Shown piece after piece: positions 63,735-64,000 of a DNA stretch of 64,000 nucleotides. The translations under genes were made by a program, and so were the position numbers. Each line of letters opens with the position of its first letter. Within the stretch, counting starts at the first letter, position 1. The stretch is from an uncultured Alphaproteobacteria bacterium (GTDB lineage Bacteria > Pseudomonadota > Alphaproteobacteria > RF32 > CAG-239), in the NCBI GenBank assembly GCA_944389095.1, contig CALXLC010000052.1, positions 9,240 to 73,239 of the forward strand, read 5' to 3'. The notes under the pieces are model-generated. The model made no database searches and was not told the origin of the DNA. It saw only the letters and a list, made by a program, of their open reading frames with translations.

Positions 63735-64000
63735 ATGAGCAGTGCCGATTATTGGGACGAACGGTATGATGCCGCAGACGAAACTCTAGAAAAAATGCGC
63801 AATGTTGTTTCGGCGGCAACGGCGTTTAATACTAATATTGACGCTGTTGTCAAAATCAGCGGCGCCCGGTTGGCCGAGATTGCCGATGCGTTAGGTCTTG
63901 ACTGGGATAGTCTGAGTTTTCCTGAGCGGTCGGAAATATTGAGTCCGGCAGACGTCGTTAAAGGGGCTTTTCGTTGTTTTTCCAAGGGAATTGCCGAAGA
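63735..64000 (+). CDS. ADP-dependent sugar kinase (ADP-GK/ADP-PFK) family protein, N-terminal fragment
   Basis: Not in the ORF track because it runs off the window. YWDERYDAADETLEKMRNVVSAATAFNTNIDAVVKI parallels the W.ELY.....GYNTNIDA N-terminus of archaeal ADP-dependent kinases. The alternative start is 63726. Confidence 0.45.
   Translation, partial: MSSADYWDERYDAADETLEKMRNVVSAATAFNTNIDAVVKISGARLAEIADALGLDWDSLSFPERSEILSPADVVKGAFRCFSKGIAE

Noticed and set aside
1-64000. CRISPR arrays, IS elements or transposases, integrases, prophage genes, reverse transcriptases, and rRNA or other structured ncRNA genes.
   Set aside because: I found no regularly spaced direct repeats, no terminal inverted repeats flanking ORFs, and no ORF with transposase, integrase or RT motifs. 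The only RNA gene I could fold is tRNA-Arg.

Overview
This is a compact, gene-dense chromosomal window that looks alphaproteobacterial. That assignment is inferred from conserved gene orders: rho-mnmE-mnmG-rsmG-parA-parB, coaE-dnaQ, fliX-dksA, maf-rng-yacG, rluD-rpoH, lnt-corC-ybeY-phoH-miaB, trmB-metK, yggT-DUF167-folD and nth-tsaD. About 75 protein genes, one tRNA-Arg(CCG) and several intrinsic terminators can be supported. I saw no rRNA, CRISPR array, transposase or integrase. Motifs found by reading the DNA are: two perfect 16-bp parS palindromes inside rsmG and mnmG; a candidate oriC in the rho/coaE gap (DnaA-box-like 9-mers plus a GANTC cluster); a CusR-type operator upstream of a CusRS-like two-component system; and a 15-bp duplication of the tRNA-Arg 3' end about 190 bp downstream, which looks like an integration scar. 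The most unusual region is an eight-gene minus-strand operon (21437-29328) wedged between yacG and rluD. It has five unrecognisable proteins, two of which share a paralogous 2-TM module. These are followed by an orphan VirD4/TraG-type coupling ATPase, then a translationally coupled HNH (colicin-DNase-like) protein and a SUKH/SMI1-KNR4-like immunity protein. No T4SS channel, relaxase or integrase gene lies in the window. A second unexplained pair is a membrane-anchored pseudokinase coupled to a 4-TM protein (31457-33957). All family assignments rest on motif recognition by eye; no database search was run.
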